DNA of 64,000 nt from Octopus vulgaris (taxonomy: Eukaryota): contig OX597824.1 in NCBI GenBank assembly GCA_951406725.2, positions 29,450,001-29,514,000 on the forward strand, given 5' to 3'. The position numbers were made by a program, and so were the translations under genes. Positions 31,691 to 46,732 of this stretch are shown piece after piece. Position 1 is the stretch's first letter; each line of letters begins with the position of its first letter. The notes under the pieces were generated by a model. That model was given only the letters and a program-made list of their open reading frames with translations. It was not told the origin of the DNA and ran no database searches.

Positions 31691-32248
31691 ACACATACAT
31701 ATACACAAATATACACCCTCAGTGTCATCATTACATATCGTTTAACGAGATACTCTACATTAACTCATTGACGGAAGACCTTGTAGTTATCACAAAATTG
31801 GAGTTTCTCTCTTTCTTTCCAATTTTCATTTCATACTTTAGTCTTTTAATGTATCTTTTTCATTTTATTATTCGCATAATTTTTTTCTTATTCGTTATTT
31901 TCTTCATTTTCTCTTTCATTCTTTTAGACATATATCTCTCAATAATTTTTTTTTTTCGTTCTCCTTAGTTCGAAATATTTCTTTCACAGTACACTTCAAC
32001 AATATTATGGCGGCAGCTAGTCTTTATCGTGGAAAGGTCTTTTTTTTCATATTTGGAGTGTGAGGGGTTGTTATTCTGTGTTCATGTTTTTTTTTGTTTG
32101 TTTATATGTGTGTGTGTGTGAGTATGTTTGTATTATGTGTATATGCATTTTAGTATTGTATGTGTGTAGAAAGCAAGAGCGAGAGAGGGTGGGTTGTTCT
32201 TATGTATTATGTGGATTTTCGCTTAATCATTTTTTTCTGTATGTGTTC

Positions 32249-32329
<81 letters not shown>

Positions 32330-32554
32330 TAAATATGTACATATTTCTGTCACCATTTATATTTAGATATAAATTCATACATGCATATACATTTATATAT
32401 ATATATATATATATATATGCATAAAAATATATATATATGCATAAAAATGTATATATATATATATATACATATAGATTTATATATATATGCTTATGCATAC
32501 CCATACATACGTATGCATGCATGTGAATTTCTATTCTGTTTAAATATATGCATA

Positions 32555-32627
<73 letters not shown>

Positions 32628-33085
32628 TAGTTGCTTATGACTATGTCATTGCTGTTATACTGCGCTTGGTTTTTTCTAATTCCTTTTTTGCACAACTGAA
32701 GAGACTTACTGTAAAGAACTTTCTACTAGAAAATGCTAAAATTTTTCTGTATAAAGCAGGAAAAGGAGGCACAAGATATATATACTACACAAATAAACAA
32801 ATAAAGAAGCAAATTGTTTGATTATGTACAAAGGATAAATATACAAAAAAAAAACAGGAAAGAAATAATGAATAAAATGATAAAAATTGAGAAAAATATG
32901 AGAGGGTTTCTGTATGTTAAACATTGACAGTGAGTTTGTGAGTTTTGGTTATTGAATTAGTTTTGCGTTTGTTCTTCTTGATTTGAAACGAATTGAGGAC
33001 CGAAGTATATAATGGGTTATGATGTGAAGGAGGGTAAGATGTGTGTACATGTGTATTTGTGTGTACATGTGTGTACGTGTGTTAG

Positions 33086-33133
<48 letters not shown>

Positions 33134-33217
33134 CAGAGAGGGAGAAAGAGATAGATAGACAGACAAACAGATACACAAGCAGATAGATAGATAGATAAAT
33201 AGATAGATAGATAGATT

Positions 33218-33277
<60 letters not shown>

Positions 33278-33326
33278 CATAGATAGATGAATCGATGGAT
33301 ATATAGATAGATAGATAGATTGATAT

Positions 33327-33369
<43 letters not shown>

Positions 33370-33424
33370 GGCAGACAGACATACAGACATACAGACAGAC
33401 AGAAAGACAGACAGACAGACAGAA

Positions 33425-33542
<118 letters not shown>

Positions 33543-33674
33543 TTAGTAACCGTACACAGAAATCATATAAATGCATACACAAAATATCTGGAAATGGTTA
33601 GACTAATGGTTACACAGGAATAATAGTAATAGAATGAGACACAGAGAATAAGAGAGACAGGAATATATTATGGG

Positions 33675-33992
33675 GCACCGTCGAGTAAAACGGCAAGCAT
33701 TCCAGTTGATCTGATCAATGGAACAGCCTGCTCGTGAACTTCACGTATAAAGGGCTGAACAATCCTGAGAAACGTGCAAACCCTTAACGTAGCTCTTACA
33801 GAGGTTCAGCATGACACAGAATGTGAAAAGACCGGCTCTTTCTACTACAAGTACTACTTATTTTTGGTTTTAGAGTAGACAAGAGCAACGTGAATTTGAA
33901 TGTTTTGTTCATGAACACAATGCGACGCCGGGAGTCGAACTCGCGACATAACGATAGTGAACCGAATTCCCTAACCATGAAGATATGCGCCT
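33675..33992 (-). mobile_element. tRNA-derived SINE (same family as 62662-63044), degenerate
   Basis: Reverse complement of the …GTTAATTTCACGAGCAGGCTGTTCC… tail and the GGCGCA…TGGTTAGGG…GTTCGACTCCC head. Confidence 0.75.
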
Positions 33993-34256
33993 TCACTAGT
34001 GATATATAGAAGCTAAGATTAAGAGAGAGAAAGAGAGGGAGAGAGACAGACAGAGAGACAGTTTGAAAGAGATAGAGGAATAGAGATAGAGAGTGTGAGA
34101 GAGAGGGAGAGACAGAAAGAAAGACATACAGACAGACGGATGGATGGACGGACGGACTGACAGATAGTTTGAAAGAGATATAGGAATAGAGATAGAGAGA
34201 ACAAGATAGTTTGAAAGAGAGATAGAGATAGATAGACAAATAGAGAGAAAGAGAAA

Positions 34257-34291
<35 letters not shown>

Positions 34292-34761
34292 GAAAGACAG
34301 ACAAACAGACGGACGGGTGGACGGACGGACGGACGGACGGACAGACAGATAGTGTGAAAGAGATATAGGAATAGGAATATAGATATAGGAATAGAGAAAG
34401 AGATATATAGAGTTAGAGGGGGAGAGAGAAGAGAGAGAGAGTCGGATATTGAAAGAAATAGGTAGAGAAAGACCGAGCTTACGATTTGGCAAGATATAAC
34501 CTGTTCATTTCCTACCGAGATTCGATCTCTCTTCTCTGAATCACCTTAGTTACATATATGTGTCACACGAATAAACAGGCTGCAAGCATGACTGCATAGT
34601 TAAGAAGCTCACTGGGAAAAGCCGTGGTTTCGAGTTCCGTCTCGGTGAGCGGTATCTTGGAGAAGTGCCTTCTGCTATATTTCATGAGAGACACCGATGC
34701 CTTGTGAATGAATTTGTTAGATGGAGTGTATGTAGAAGCTTGTTGTGTATACAAAGACAGA

Positions 34762-36026
34762 CAGGAAGTAAATAGACACCTTTAATTTTCAATATCTTTC
34801 ATTTAATGTGCAAAGCGAACAATTGAAATGTAATCGATAGGTAGGACTACATACTTTAGTATTTAGTTGACATTTCCTTAGCAATTTTAATACAGAAACT
34901 CTTTTTGGCATTGAACTGATGAGCTTTATGGTTGTCTCTTGTGAAATTTCTGCCCACTTTTCACGCAACAATTGAAACAATTTACCTTTAGATTTAGGTT
35001 TCTGTCGAGTTTTTCGTATAGCTCTATTTAGTATGCTCCAAAGATTTTCAATTGGGTTCCTGTCAGGTGATTGGCTCGGCCAAGGAAGCTTTTTGATCCC
35101 ATTTTGAGTCAGCCATTGTTGATTCCTTTTCACTGTGTAGCATGGAGCCCCATCTTCCATGAATAAAAACTCATTTTTTATGTTATCGTGTGAATACATC
35201 GGAAGTAGTCCTTGCTTAAGTATTTCGATGTATCTTTCAGAGTTTATGGTTCCACCACATTCGATCAGCTCAGAACGACCGTTGCTGGTACATCTCCCCC
35301 TACCATTTCATTGATACCGTTATGTTTCACAGTTTGCTGGAGTCGTTTCAAATCAAATTCTTAATTGGGAAGACTCCAGATTCAAACACGTCCACTGCCT
35401 GAAAATAATGTAAATCTGGATTCATCTGAGAAAATCACTCTACTCCAAAATTAACTGGATTTTTCTGACATCTCCTTAGCCCATTTCTTTCTTTTCATAT
35501 TAATTGGTTGAAGGAGAGGTGTTCTTCTAGCTGCTCGTCCATAATACCCAAGCTTATGCAGATATGTAACACACGTTCTTGGGCTAACTTCTAGCTGTTT
35601 TGCAATGCCAGAAGCCTTCGAACGGGGTTCGTTTTCCACAATTCTCTTCAAAGAGCGAAGCTTCCTTTCCGAGGGCCTATGTCGGCCGGGACGAGAATCT
35701 ATTGATTCTTTTCTTGGCTTTTGAATTGCACTATAATTCTATTAACAGTAGCAAGATGAATTTTGAAGATTTTCGGCATTTTTTCGCTGGCTAAGACCAG
35801 CCTAAGATTGCCCAACAATACGACTTCTTTGAAAGTCTGACAGTTCGGCTGATTTTTTTTTTTTTTTTTTGCGTGACATGGTTATATGGTTATTCTTCGC
35901 AAATATTTAATATAATGGCACCTGGAATGAAAAAGAATAATTGCATTGTAAATTCTACACGGCTGAAAATATATTAAGACGCTTAGATCAGAAATTTTGA
36001 AAATAAAGGTGTCTATTTACTTCCTG
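34762..36026 (-). mobile_element. Decayed Tc1 (DD34E) transposon with transposase pseudogene
   Basis: TIRs CAGGAAGTAAATAGACACCTTTA at both ends; remnants VIFSDESRF and FMEDGAPC…WPSQSPDRNPIENLW (34 residues between D and E); frameshifted. Confidence 0.92.
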
Positions 36027-37015
36027 CATGTCTGTGTATATATGTTTGTGTGTTTGTGTGTGTGTGTGTGTGTATGTGTGTATGTGTGTGCACGCGCGCA
36101 CGTGTCTTTGTTCTTGTGTGTGTCCTGCACCATTGCTTCACAACAACAACACAAGAAGGCCTGAGGTAAAAAGGGAGCTTCTCTGTGACAGTCTGATAAC
36201 TATTGTGCTCTAAACGGGTTCATTTTCTTGCCTCTACTGTAACAATCACCAGAATATACAACCAACATCGACCCCAGATTACAGTCTGCTAACTTAGAAA
36301 AGGTGCATCAAGGGCAATAAAGTCCTGTGTTTACTATGACTGTAAAATCAGACCGGATGGTCTCGGCCGGAACGCTTTCCATTTTAGGGATGTCTTAGAT
36401 GGTAAGGTAATGGAATCGTTAGGAAGTTGGACAAACTGGTAATTAATGACGTTTCTTCCACTCTTCAGGATCTGGTACAAATTCGTCTTTACCTTTTATC
36501 TGTTTAAGACCCCTAAATATGTATCTGTTGAACACTGGGTTCGATGTAATTGATTTAAGCCCTCATTTGAAATTGCTAGCCTTGTACCAAAATTTGGAAC
36601 CGTCGCAGTTCTGTCACGGAATCAAAGCTGACCTTAATCCAAAAAACATGAACGTATATCAAAACCTACTTCGAATAAAGTTAGAAAAATATGTGGGGTG
36701 GTCATGGATAGAACGCCTTTCATCATAGGTCTATCTGCTTCATTTCTACACGAATGAATTGAAAACATACAATGACATGTTACATATCCAAAGATAGACA
36801 ACACTTTTTTTTTCTTTCGACTATCAGAATTACCTTAAAATGTTTTCTTCAAAATCATTTTTCTCCGAAGTTGAATAACATTTTCACACGGGGAAAGGTA
36901 GAAAACTACAACACAACTGACCGTCAATAGACATACATACATATGCATGCATGTATGCATGTATGTATGTATGTATGTATGTATGTATGTATGTATGTAT
37001 ATATGTATTTATGTG

Positions 37016-37061
<46 letters not shown>

Positions 37062-37867
37062 TGTATGTATGTATGTATGTATATATATATACATACATAT
37101 ATATATGTATATATGTATATGTGTATGTATATATATATATATATATATATTACATACAAATATAACGACAGAATTCATGAATAGGAGTGTCAGATACAGA
37201 GCATATAATAAGACACACACACGCACACAAACAAAAAAAACAAACACACACACACACTCGCATGCTCATACGGAGAAGTGTCTGTAACAATATGGCTACA
37301 TAATATGTAAATTAAAAAATTGGCAAAAGGAAATGGAAAAGTGAAAGTGGAAGTTGGAGTGGAAGAGGTGGGGAGGAACAAGAGAGATAAGAATAGCAAT
37401 GTATACATACATAGACGCAGATATACATATACGTGTTCAAATACAAATATAAACATATCTATACATGCAAAAACACACACACACACATAATATGTATACA
37501 CATACTTTACACATAAATTAATATATATATATATATACATGAGTGTGTCTGTGTGTGTATGTGTATCTATATTTACGCATATATATACATGCATCTATGT
37601 ATGCATATACATTCATTGATACAAATATATGTATGCATGTTTGTGTGTATATATATATATATATGTGTGTGTGTGTGCGTGTGTATGTATATATGCACAC
37701 AAACACATATATATATAATATCATATTATATAACATATGCATACATATATATACTTATATAAATATACAAATATATATATACAGGCATATATGTATATAT
37801 ATATACATGCATATCTATATATATACACATATATACGCAAAAACATACACATATATATACACACACA

Positions 37868-37903
<36 letters not shown>

Positions 37904-38658
37904 AACATACATATATATGTATTTATGTATACACATACATATATATATATATATACACATACATATATATATATACACACATACATACATATATATATGT
38001 ATGTATGAATATATGTATGTCTGTATGTATGTAAGTTATATATGTATGTATGTATATATTTATATATGTATGTATGTATGTATGTGTACAAAGACAAAAA
38101 CACCAAATCCGGAGGAACACACAAAAACACAAGCACAAAAAACAAAAGTTCCCAGAATGCCACACGCAACCTCACACACAAAATGTTTAGCCAAAATTTC
38201 ATAATTTCTCACCCCAACACCCCACCCCGCCCCATATTTTTCGGTCTCTTTCACTTTTTCATTCAATACTTTTGTTTGTTTGTTTTTCTGTTTGTATGTT
38301 TTTTATTCATGCAAATTAGGTGTATTTAAGAGATTAATTAGTCAGGTTTACAACATTATCAGTTCTTTCGTGCTATTGGTCTAAGGAATTCTGAGATTAA
38401 AAATACAATACAGCGATAATTAGAGCTTATATTATTACCACAAGAGTTGACATGCAACGCAGTGTTGTATCTATCGCATGTGTAAATACCTAACACAAAA
38501 CTCGGACTTTGATTTATAACGAGTAAATATTCAGATTTCAAAAAGCCAAGAAAGAAAAATGCTAAAAACTACCACATGTCATATATTAAAACATTTTGCG
38601 TGTCAAGCTCTTTTTCACGTTTATACACACATACCGGTATATGTATGTATTCATGAAT

Positions 38659-38749
<91 letters not shown>

Positions 38750-39141
38750 CATACACACATATATATATATATATATGTATATACAGAGAGAGAGAGATGT
38801 CAGATTTTGTACGTTTGTATGTGTGTATGGGCGCTATATGTCTATCTATATTATCCTGTATGAATTTTTTTGTTGTTTGTGTACACACGTTGTAGTTTTG
38901 CGGATATACATGTACGACTGTATTTGTGTACCGCGAGTGTATGTGTTTATTGTACTGTGAGTTTATGTGTGTGTGTATGTGTGTATGCGGGTATGTGCGT
39001 GCGTACAAGTGTGTGTGTGTGTGTTTAATTTCTGTGCGTGCATTTACGGGCTTGGTTTTCATATTTCATACTTCTATGAATGGTTGTATATTTGTGATTA
39101 TATAATTTAAAATGCTAGGTTTTATGCATGTGTGTGTATAC

Positions 39142-39174
<33 letters not shown>

Positions 39175-39204
39175 TATATATATATGTATACATATATGTA
39201 TGTA

Positions 39205-39257
<53 letters not shown>

Positions 39258-39723
39258 GTATGTATATATGTATAGATATACGTGTATGTATACACACGTA
39301 TATACATAGATACGTGTGTATATGTATACATACACATGGCTGTGCGCATATCTGTATGCGTGCATGCGTGTATATCTATTGATATAGATTTGTATGTATA
39401 GATATGCATTCACACACCTGTGTATACACACCAACACACACGTACATGTATGTAAATATATACATAGATATATGCGTGCGCCCATATGAAGATATTCATA
39501 ATAAACATGTAAACATGCACATAATTATGTACATATTGTATATATGTGTATATATGTGTATATGTTTGTGTGTGCATGTGTGCGTGTGTGGTTGTGTAAT
39601 ACATACCTCTTATGTACAATAGGGCCGTGTGAATAGGATGTGAGATGTTAGAAGGAAAAACAAACCTAATAGTCAAGTGATATTATTTTTCATATTATCA
39701 TTATTGTTTTTGTTATTATTATT

Positions 39724-39769
<46 letters not shown>

Positions 39770-40118
39770 AGATAATTACGCTTTGATTATCATTATAGAA
39801 TATTTTTTTCGCTATATTTCTGACATCTATTTCCAGGCATACTGTTGTATTTCGTTCACCTCCTAACATTTCATGCGATATTTTACTCATACTTTCACTC
39901 ACACTCTGTCCCTATCTCTGTTTCTCTCCCCCTCTTCTTCCCTCTGTCTTTCGCAGCCTGTCTCTCAACCCCACTGTCCTTTCCCCCCTCTGGTTATCAC
40001 TATACAATTACATATATATAGTAGACTCACTAGAACATCTAGCAAATTGAAAAATGTTTTCAGTTTTGTGTTTTTCACTTCTCGGTTCAATCCCGACCGG
40101 TTTCTCTTTGCTTTTCAA

Positions 40119-40268
40119 TAGAGCCGAGGTAGACTTTGCCTTTCATCCTTTCGGGGTCGATAAATTAAGTACCAGTTACGCACTGGGGTCGATGTAATCG
40201 ACTTAATACCTATGTCTGTCCTTGTTTGTCCCCTCTGTGTTTAGCCCCTTGTGGGTAATAAAGAAATA
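40119..40268 (+). mobile_element. 5'-truncated Meta-domain SINE with 20-bp TSD
   Basis: TSD GGTTTCTCTTTGCTTTTCAA at 40099-40118 and 40269-40288; ends GGGTAATAAAGAAATA. Confidence 0.92.
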
Positions 40269-40500
40269 GGTTTCTCTTTGCTTTTCAAACTTCCTGGAGA
40301 AAATCTAGCATAGGCACCTGCATGGCTGTTTCGTAAATAAGGTCGTTTTGCAACCACGAGGCTTCGAGTTCAGGCCCACTGCACGACATCTTGGACAAGT
40401 ATCTTCTACTATCGCCTCGAACGGGACAATGAATTTGACAGAGAGAAATTGCACGGAAGTCCGTATACGCACGCACACATACACACACACATACACATAC

Positions 40501-40563
<63 letters not shown>

Positions 40564-40797
40564 ATTAATAATATCAGGGTAATAAAGATTTTAGAAATTT
40601 TTACTACCAGTGACCTAGCGTGTAGAAAAATTAGTCAATAGACTATATAGTATTCATATAAAATATAGTGTACATTTAAACACATAAGAGATGACCATAA
40701 TAGGACATCTGACTCACTAGAAAGAGCAGTTAAACTCCAAACCACTAATAGTTGTAATTCTGAAAGGGAATGAGAAATAAAAGTGTTTACCCTATCT

Positions 40798-40886
40798 TTC
40801 CTGGGCTATGCATAGTTTCGGCAATCTTTTGTAAATAAAATAAAATGACTTTAATTGACAATTGGCGTTGCCATCTTCAGCAGGAA
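40798..40886 (-). ncRNA. Type I hammerhead ribozyme motif (PLE-type, cleavage triplet mutated)
   Basis: Minus strand: TTCCTG-CTGAAGA-T-GGCAA…TTGCC-GAAA-CTATGCATAG-CC-CAGGAA; 6-bp stem I, 5-bp stem II, palindromic stem III. Confidence 0.75.
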
Positions 40887-41736
40887 GCCAAGGCTAACAT
40901 ATAGGCACAAGGCGATAAAGACCATGCCTCGTGTCTATATGTTATAACTTTTCAAAATCCACCACGCACGCGCGGTTTTTTCAGCAGTAAATACAAGTGC
41001 CGATTTTCTTTCAAAATTAGCCAAAAAAACCTTTTATCATTGCCGTTATGTTCTGAGTTGAATTTCTGCTGAGGTCAACTTTACCTTTCATCCTTTCGTG
41101 GTCGATAAATTAATATCTGAAACACTGGAGTCGATGTAATCGACTATCTCACTCTCCCAAATTTTAAGCCTTGTGCCTTTAGTAGAAAGGATTATTATTA
41201 TTAAGATGGTGATATGGCAGTAAGCCGAGTAAAAGGCTTAGCGGCATTTCGTCCGTCTTTACGCCCTACGTTCAAATGCTGCCGTTGTTCCACTTTGCTT
41301 TTCTTTTTCTTCCTTATGTGCCTTTAATGTCCCTTGTGGACAGTTGTAAGAGCTGGCGTGTGAAAATCATCTGACTGGAAGAAAGTTAAACCAAAGAAGG
41401 TTTTCGAATAAGTTTTGATTGCTCAAAAAATAAATAAATAAATAAAACACTGTATACTTCTAAAGGTATCTTGAAATGGACCATTGTCCACCAGATGTCG
41501 TCATTGAACAATTTCTTCCACTTCTACGCTATTTGGAAGATATAAAAAATATTTGTCTTGAAAATGTCACATCTAATTTTTGTCATACATGTCACAACTG
41601 GATAAATAAGAATTGTTACGAGATATTTCTGTCTAGCAACCATTATTAGGAATTTATTAAATTTCAAAACCATTGTAAAAAAACACAAAGAGACTTTTTA
41701 TGCTGCTCTCAAGAAATTCAGAGGAATTAGCAAATA

Positions 41737-42227
41737 CAGTAATCCCTCGCCATATCGCGGTTCACCTATCACGGTTTATTATTTAAGATTACATCTTTAC
41801 GTTCTGAGTTCAAATTCCGCCGAGATTGACTTTGCCTTTCATCATTTTAGGGTCGATAAATTAAGTACCAGTTGCGTACTGGGTTCGATCTAATCGAGTG
41901 GTTCCCTCCCCCAAAATTTCAGGCCTTGTGCCTAGAATAGAAAGGATATTTTAAGCTTACGTCTTTACGTTCTGAGTTCAAATTCCGTCGAGGTCGACTT
42001 TGCCTTTCATCCTTTCGGAGCCTTGTGCCTAGAGTAGAAAAGGTTATTTAAACCTTGCGTCGATTCCTCCGTGGTATTGTTTTGCATTTATAATAAAATA
42101 AAAATATACAAATTATAAAAATAATTTTAAAAAATTATACTCTACAATATTGTTTCTACTTCGCGGATTTTCTCCAATCGCGAGTGGGGTTTGGAACCTA
42201 ATATCCGCGATAGTCGAGGGATTACTA
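41737..42227. mobile_element. pogo/Tigger-like MITE carrying nested SINE fragments
   Basis: TIRs CAGTAATCCCTCG…/…CGAGGGATTACTA, TA flanks; homologous to 9735-9956 apart from the ~41790-42050 insert. Confidence 0.8.
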
Positions 42228-42526
42228 TAATGTTTTAAGGTGAAAATAGGGAGGCGAGTAGGCAGTATCGTTACCGCGCCGTCTTTATTTTCAAATTTCA
42301 AATTTCCCCGGGGTCATCTTTGCTTTTCTCCCTTTCGGTAGTCGTTAAAATAGGGACCCGTTTTATCACTGGGAAGCGATGTAATCGACTTGCCTCCTCC
42401 CACGAAATTACTGACTTTCTGCCAAAGTTCGAATCCAATAAATTCAGGTGAAAAAAATTAATTTCATTTAATGTCACATACGTCACACTTTTTGAAATCT
42501 CTTCAAAGAAATTCCTCATACATAGA

Positions 42527-42697
42527 TGCAGACATAGCTATGTGGTAAGAAGTTTGTTTCTCAACCACATGGCTCCAGGTTCAGTCCCACTAATTGGGGC
42601 CTTGACCAATTGTCTTCTACTGTAGCTTCGGGACGAACAAGGCCTTGAAAGTGAATTTGGTTGACAGAAACAGAAAGGAACCCATCGTGTATATGTA

Positions 42698-42744
<47 letters not shown>

Positions 42745-43260
42745 ACACGGTCCGAATCCCGGACCGTGCTGCGTGTTGTGTACTTGAGCAAGACACTTTA
42801 TTTCACGTGGCTCCAGTTCACTCACCTGTAGAAACGAGTTGCGACGTCACTGGTGCCAAGCCGTACCGGCCTTTGCCTTTCCCTTGGATAACACTGATGG
42901 CGTGGGGAGGGGAGGCCGGTATGCATGGGCGACTGCTGGTCTTCCATAAAAAGTACCTTGCCCGGGCTTGTGCCTAGGAGAGTAACTTTCTAGGTGCAAT
43001 TCCACGGTCAGTCATGACTAAGGGGGTCTCAGCATATATATGTGTGTGGTGTGTGTGTGTGTGTCCCTCTACCACTTGACAGCTTGTGTTAATATATTTA
43101 CGTACACGTAACTTAACGGTTTGGCCAAAGATCGATAGAATCAATGCCAGGCTTTACAAATATTAGTCACTGGTGTCAATTTGTTCGGCTAAAACCCCTT
43201 AAAGGCGACACCCCAGCATGGCCACAGTCAAATGGCTGAAACAAATAAACGATAAAAGAA
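42527..43260 (+). mobile_element. CORE-like SINE interrupted by (TAG)n and a second SINE-like insert (~42746-43032)
   Basis: Head 42527-42690 and tail 43040-43260 match the 25268/60421 family; the insert has its own TTGAGCAAGACACTT core-like motif. Confidence 0.7.
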
Positions 43261-44356
43261 AAAAGATACATCACAGGTAATTTTTTTAATGCTTACATGA
43301 GTCGTCAAACTTCACTGTGAAAAACGAAGCACTACAATTCTTGTAAATGCTCAAGATTTACAAATTAGACATTTCATTATTTGTGTCTCTGACTGTCACG
43401 AACATCACGCTAAAATAGCCCTATTAGCAGCAGAAAAAAGCAGACAGACATAACAAGATACACAAACAGATATAACGGTATGTTTCTATATGCACAAGGA
43501 TGGATTCGACGATAAAAATAGGAAACGAGTTTAAGCAAGGAATGGTTATATCCATGTCTTTGTATTAATGATATTGAAAACAATATACAGACAGTGTATT
43601 CGTTCTGCTCTAACTAATATTAAAATATACCACATCAAAAGATGACAGGTGAAGGGAAGCCGAACAGATGCGGTTACACTTTTAGAAACAGAGTCGAAAC
43701 ATATGACAAACAACGCAAAGGAAAGGAGACGGTTGTCAGTTAATCGGCCTTGTATATATATATATATATATATACACGTATGTACACGCTGACGTATATC
43801 ACAAATACGTTCTGACAAAAGCTTTCGAAATACGTACACATGTTGTGCTTCGCTTGTTTGCACACCCACAGACATTTTACACGTCCGCAAATATATGTCT
43901 GAAGAAAGATAATTGCAGCGGTGGATGCATTAAAGAGACAAAGATACGCAACCAGGACCACACGTGTGCATGCAGAAATGAGCAATCAAAGATACGCATA
44001 GTTAAATATTGTAACACGATATAACAAATACGTATGTGTGCCTGCGTATGTTAGAGAGAGAGAGAGTGAGAAGGGGTTGAAGCTCACTTTACAGACACCT
44101 GGTTTCGGGTTTCGTCGTTCTGCGCGGCACCCTAGGCAAGTATTTGCTACTGTAGACCCTCGCCGACCAATTCCTTGTTAGTGTATTTTGTAGAGAAAAA
44201 TCTGTGTGAAGCTTGTCGTATTTAAATACATCTAAAGTTTATGAACTAAGCCTGAAAGTTTAGTCGGAGATGCATGTTTTGTAAACCTGCCAATTTAATG
44301 TCTCTTAAAGCATGAAACTTTTAGTAGCTCTTTTATTATTGTGGATATTAAATTAT

Positions 44357-44433
<77 letters not shown>

Positions 44434-44561
44434 TTGCTGTCTTTGCTAGAATAGCATGCAGCTTGAGTGATTTATGAGCCCCAATTTTTATTCGGGATGC
44501 ATTCCTTCAGTTTTGAAATATAAAAAATGAATTGCACCTCGGCAGAATTTGAACTCAATTA

Positions 44562-44940
44562 TCTCTCTCTATATAAACGGCAGTTTGTGCGTTTTCTGTG
44601 TGTCTGTTTTCTCGTACCCTCACTCTGACCACGGCTTTCAACCGATTCTGATGAAACTTGACACACACATAGCCCAATGTCATAATTCAAAACTAACGCA
44701 GCGAAAATTTTGAAAAGTTCCCCCAGTTCTGAAAAAAATCGATAAATTCGACATGGGGTCGAGAATCAGAAACCCAAACCACAGACCGTCTAGGGGACGC
44801 AACTCCACCTTTTTAACTCTCAAAAAAAATTTACCATCATTTGTTTTCCATTTTTTTGCTATTTTTTGGCTATAACTCTCTAAAAATGCTTTATAGTTAT
44901 TTCCCTTACAAACCTGAGCAACGCCGGGCGATACTGCTTG
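44562..44940 (+). mobile_element. Non-autonomous Helitron
   Basis: A|TC start, subterminal hairpin CCTGAGCAACGCCGGG, CTTG|T end (CTRR-like). Confidence 0.78.
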
Positions 44941-46732
44941 TTGATTTATAAACTCTGTATATACTATTTCAGTAGAAAATGTAAAATATATATATAATTT
45001 AATACATGAAAAATTATATATTAAACTTTACGAAACAGCCTTCACAAAAAGGCACGTGACCTAATGGTTAGAGTGTTGGACTCACGAACACCAGATGGCT
45101 GGTTCGATTCCTGGATGGCGGGTTCGATTCCGGCGTGTTGTTCTTGGGCAAAACATTTCATTTCACATTCCTCTCATGCTGTGTGGGCATCGGCATTCCA
45201 AGATGTAGACCCAAAAGGTGACTAAAACAGGTATAGGAAGGATTTACACTCCGACCTCATAAAATTCTCACCAGCGACGACTACCCAAAACAGACCGATG
45301 AATTGGAGGATTCTGGTCTGAGTAGTGCAAAGGTGCCATTCGCCAGGAGTAGGGAATCAAAAGAAATGGTGTATGGATACAGCGATGCGCTGTTACAACG
45401 CATGTCCCCATACTACTACTGTTGCTGCTACTAAAAAGCGGAATGTATTCGTATGAAAAAATATTACATATTTTATATACATCGTTCCACATATAAAAAT
45501 ATATAGTTTTCTTTAATGAAATTCAAAGGATGCATACAGAGCCTTTAAGCTCTTGACAGAGTTTAAACAAATTTTATAAGATCTTTAGAAGGTCCAAAAC
45601 TGCGCAATTCGTTCGAAACTTACACTATCATGCCAGGATATTCAGACAAAATAAAACATTATTTATTGTTGATAATATTCATAATTTCCAGACTAATTAG
45701 ATATATTATTAATTACAATCACGTAATAAATTCCTCGCTATTTCTATCTTCATAAACAGCAGCTTGGCTCATAAGAACGGAATTACATTTGTGTTATCGC
45801 CAAGTGTTGGGGCGTTAGCCAATGGATTCGTTTTCGTTCCCCAACAGAACATTGTTGTTTTCATTCTTTTCGCTTTCCTCTTTATTTCCTGTTTATTTAA
45901 ACCTATTAATGAATTAATTGTTTAATGAGAAAACCTGAATCACATTCGAATATATGGCAAGCCTTTCGCACGCTATTATTTTTTGTTCATTTTTTTTTTA
46001 CGCTAATCCAGTACATCACCAGACTCGTCGATTTCCCTAGATCCGTATAGTCTTCGTGCGAGGTAGCAGAATCAAACCATTATTGGCACATATGATAAGT
46101 TAATCTAAAACAATATAAAGCTTGCACGCGTGTGAGCCTGTGTATGAGCATGTATGCAAATACATATATGTAGGTTTTTACGTAATATTTAAATAAGGAG
46201 CATGCACACGCACATGTGTAACGAATCGTTCCTTTCTGCTACCATTCGAGTACTTGAAGAATGATTGAGTTCGGCTGTGCATGAATCATATAATTGCAAC
46301 CAAAATGTGTACTCAATTTCCTGTTGGGAAATGAAAGCGAATCCCTTGACAAACGTCCCAACAATGTGTGTATATAAGCATACTTCGTGTTTTGCTTCGT
46401 TGCAGTGTACGTTAGCACCATTTCCGATTCGAATAGAACGAACCGCTCCAAATCCTAGTTACAGTATCCGTGTGAATCGAATACAGGAGTGGTTAGCTCG
46501 TATAGGATAGTCATATGACTTATCTTAACTGAAGAAGATTTCATGCAAGAGATGAAATTCACTTTTAATCTAATGCATAACTATCGGAAACGCACGTATT
46601 AGTTGCATTCACAATATCATTACTTAGGTTTGATTCCATATGTGTGTGTGTGCGCGCGCGTGTGTGAGCGTGCGTGTGTGCGTGCGTGTGTATGTGAAAA
46701 TGTATATATATATATCAAGAGAGAGAGAGAGA

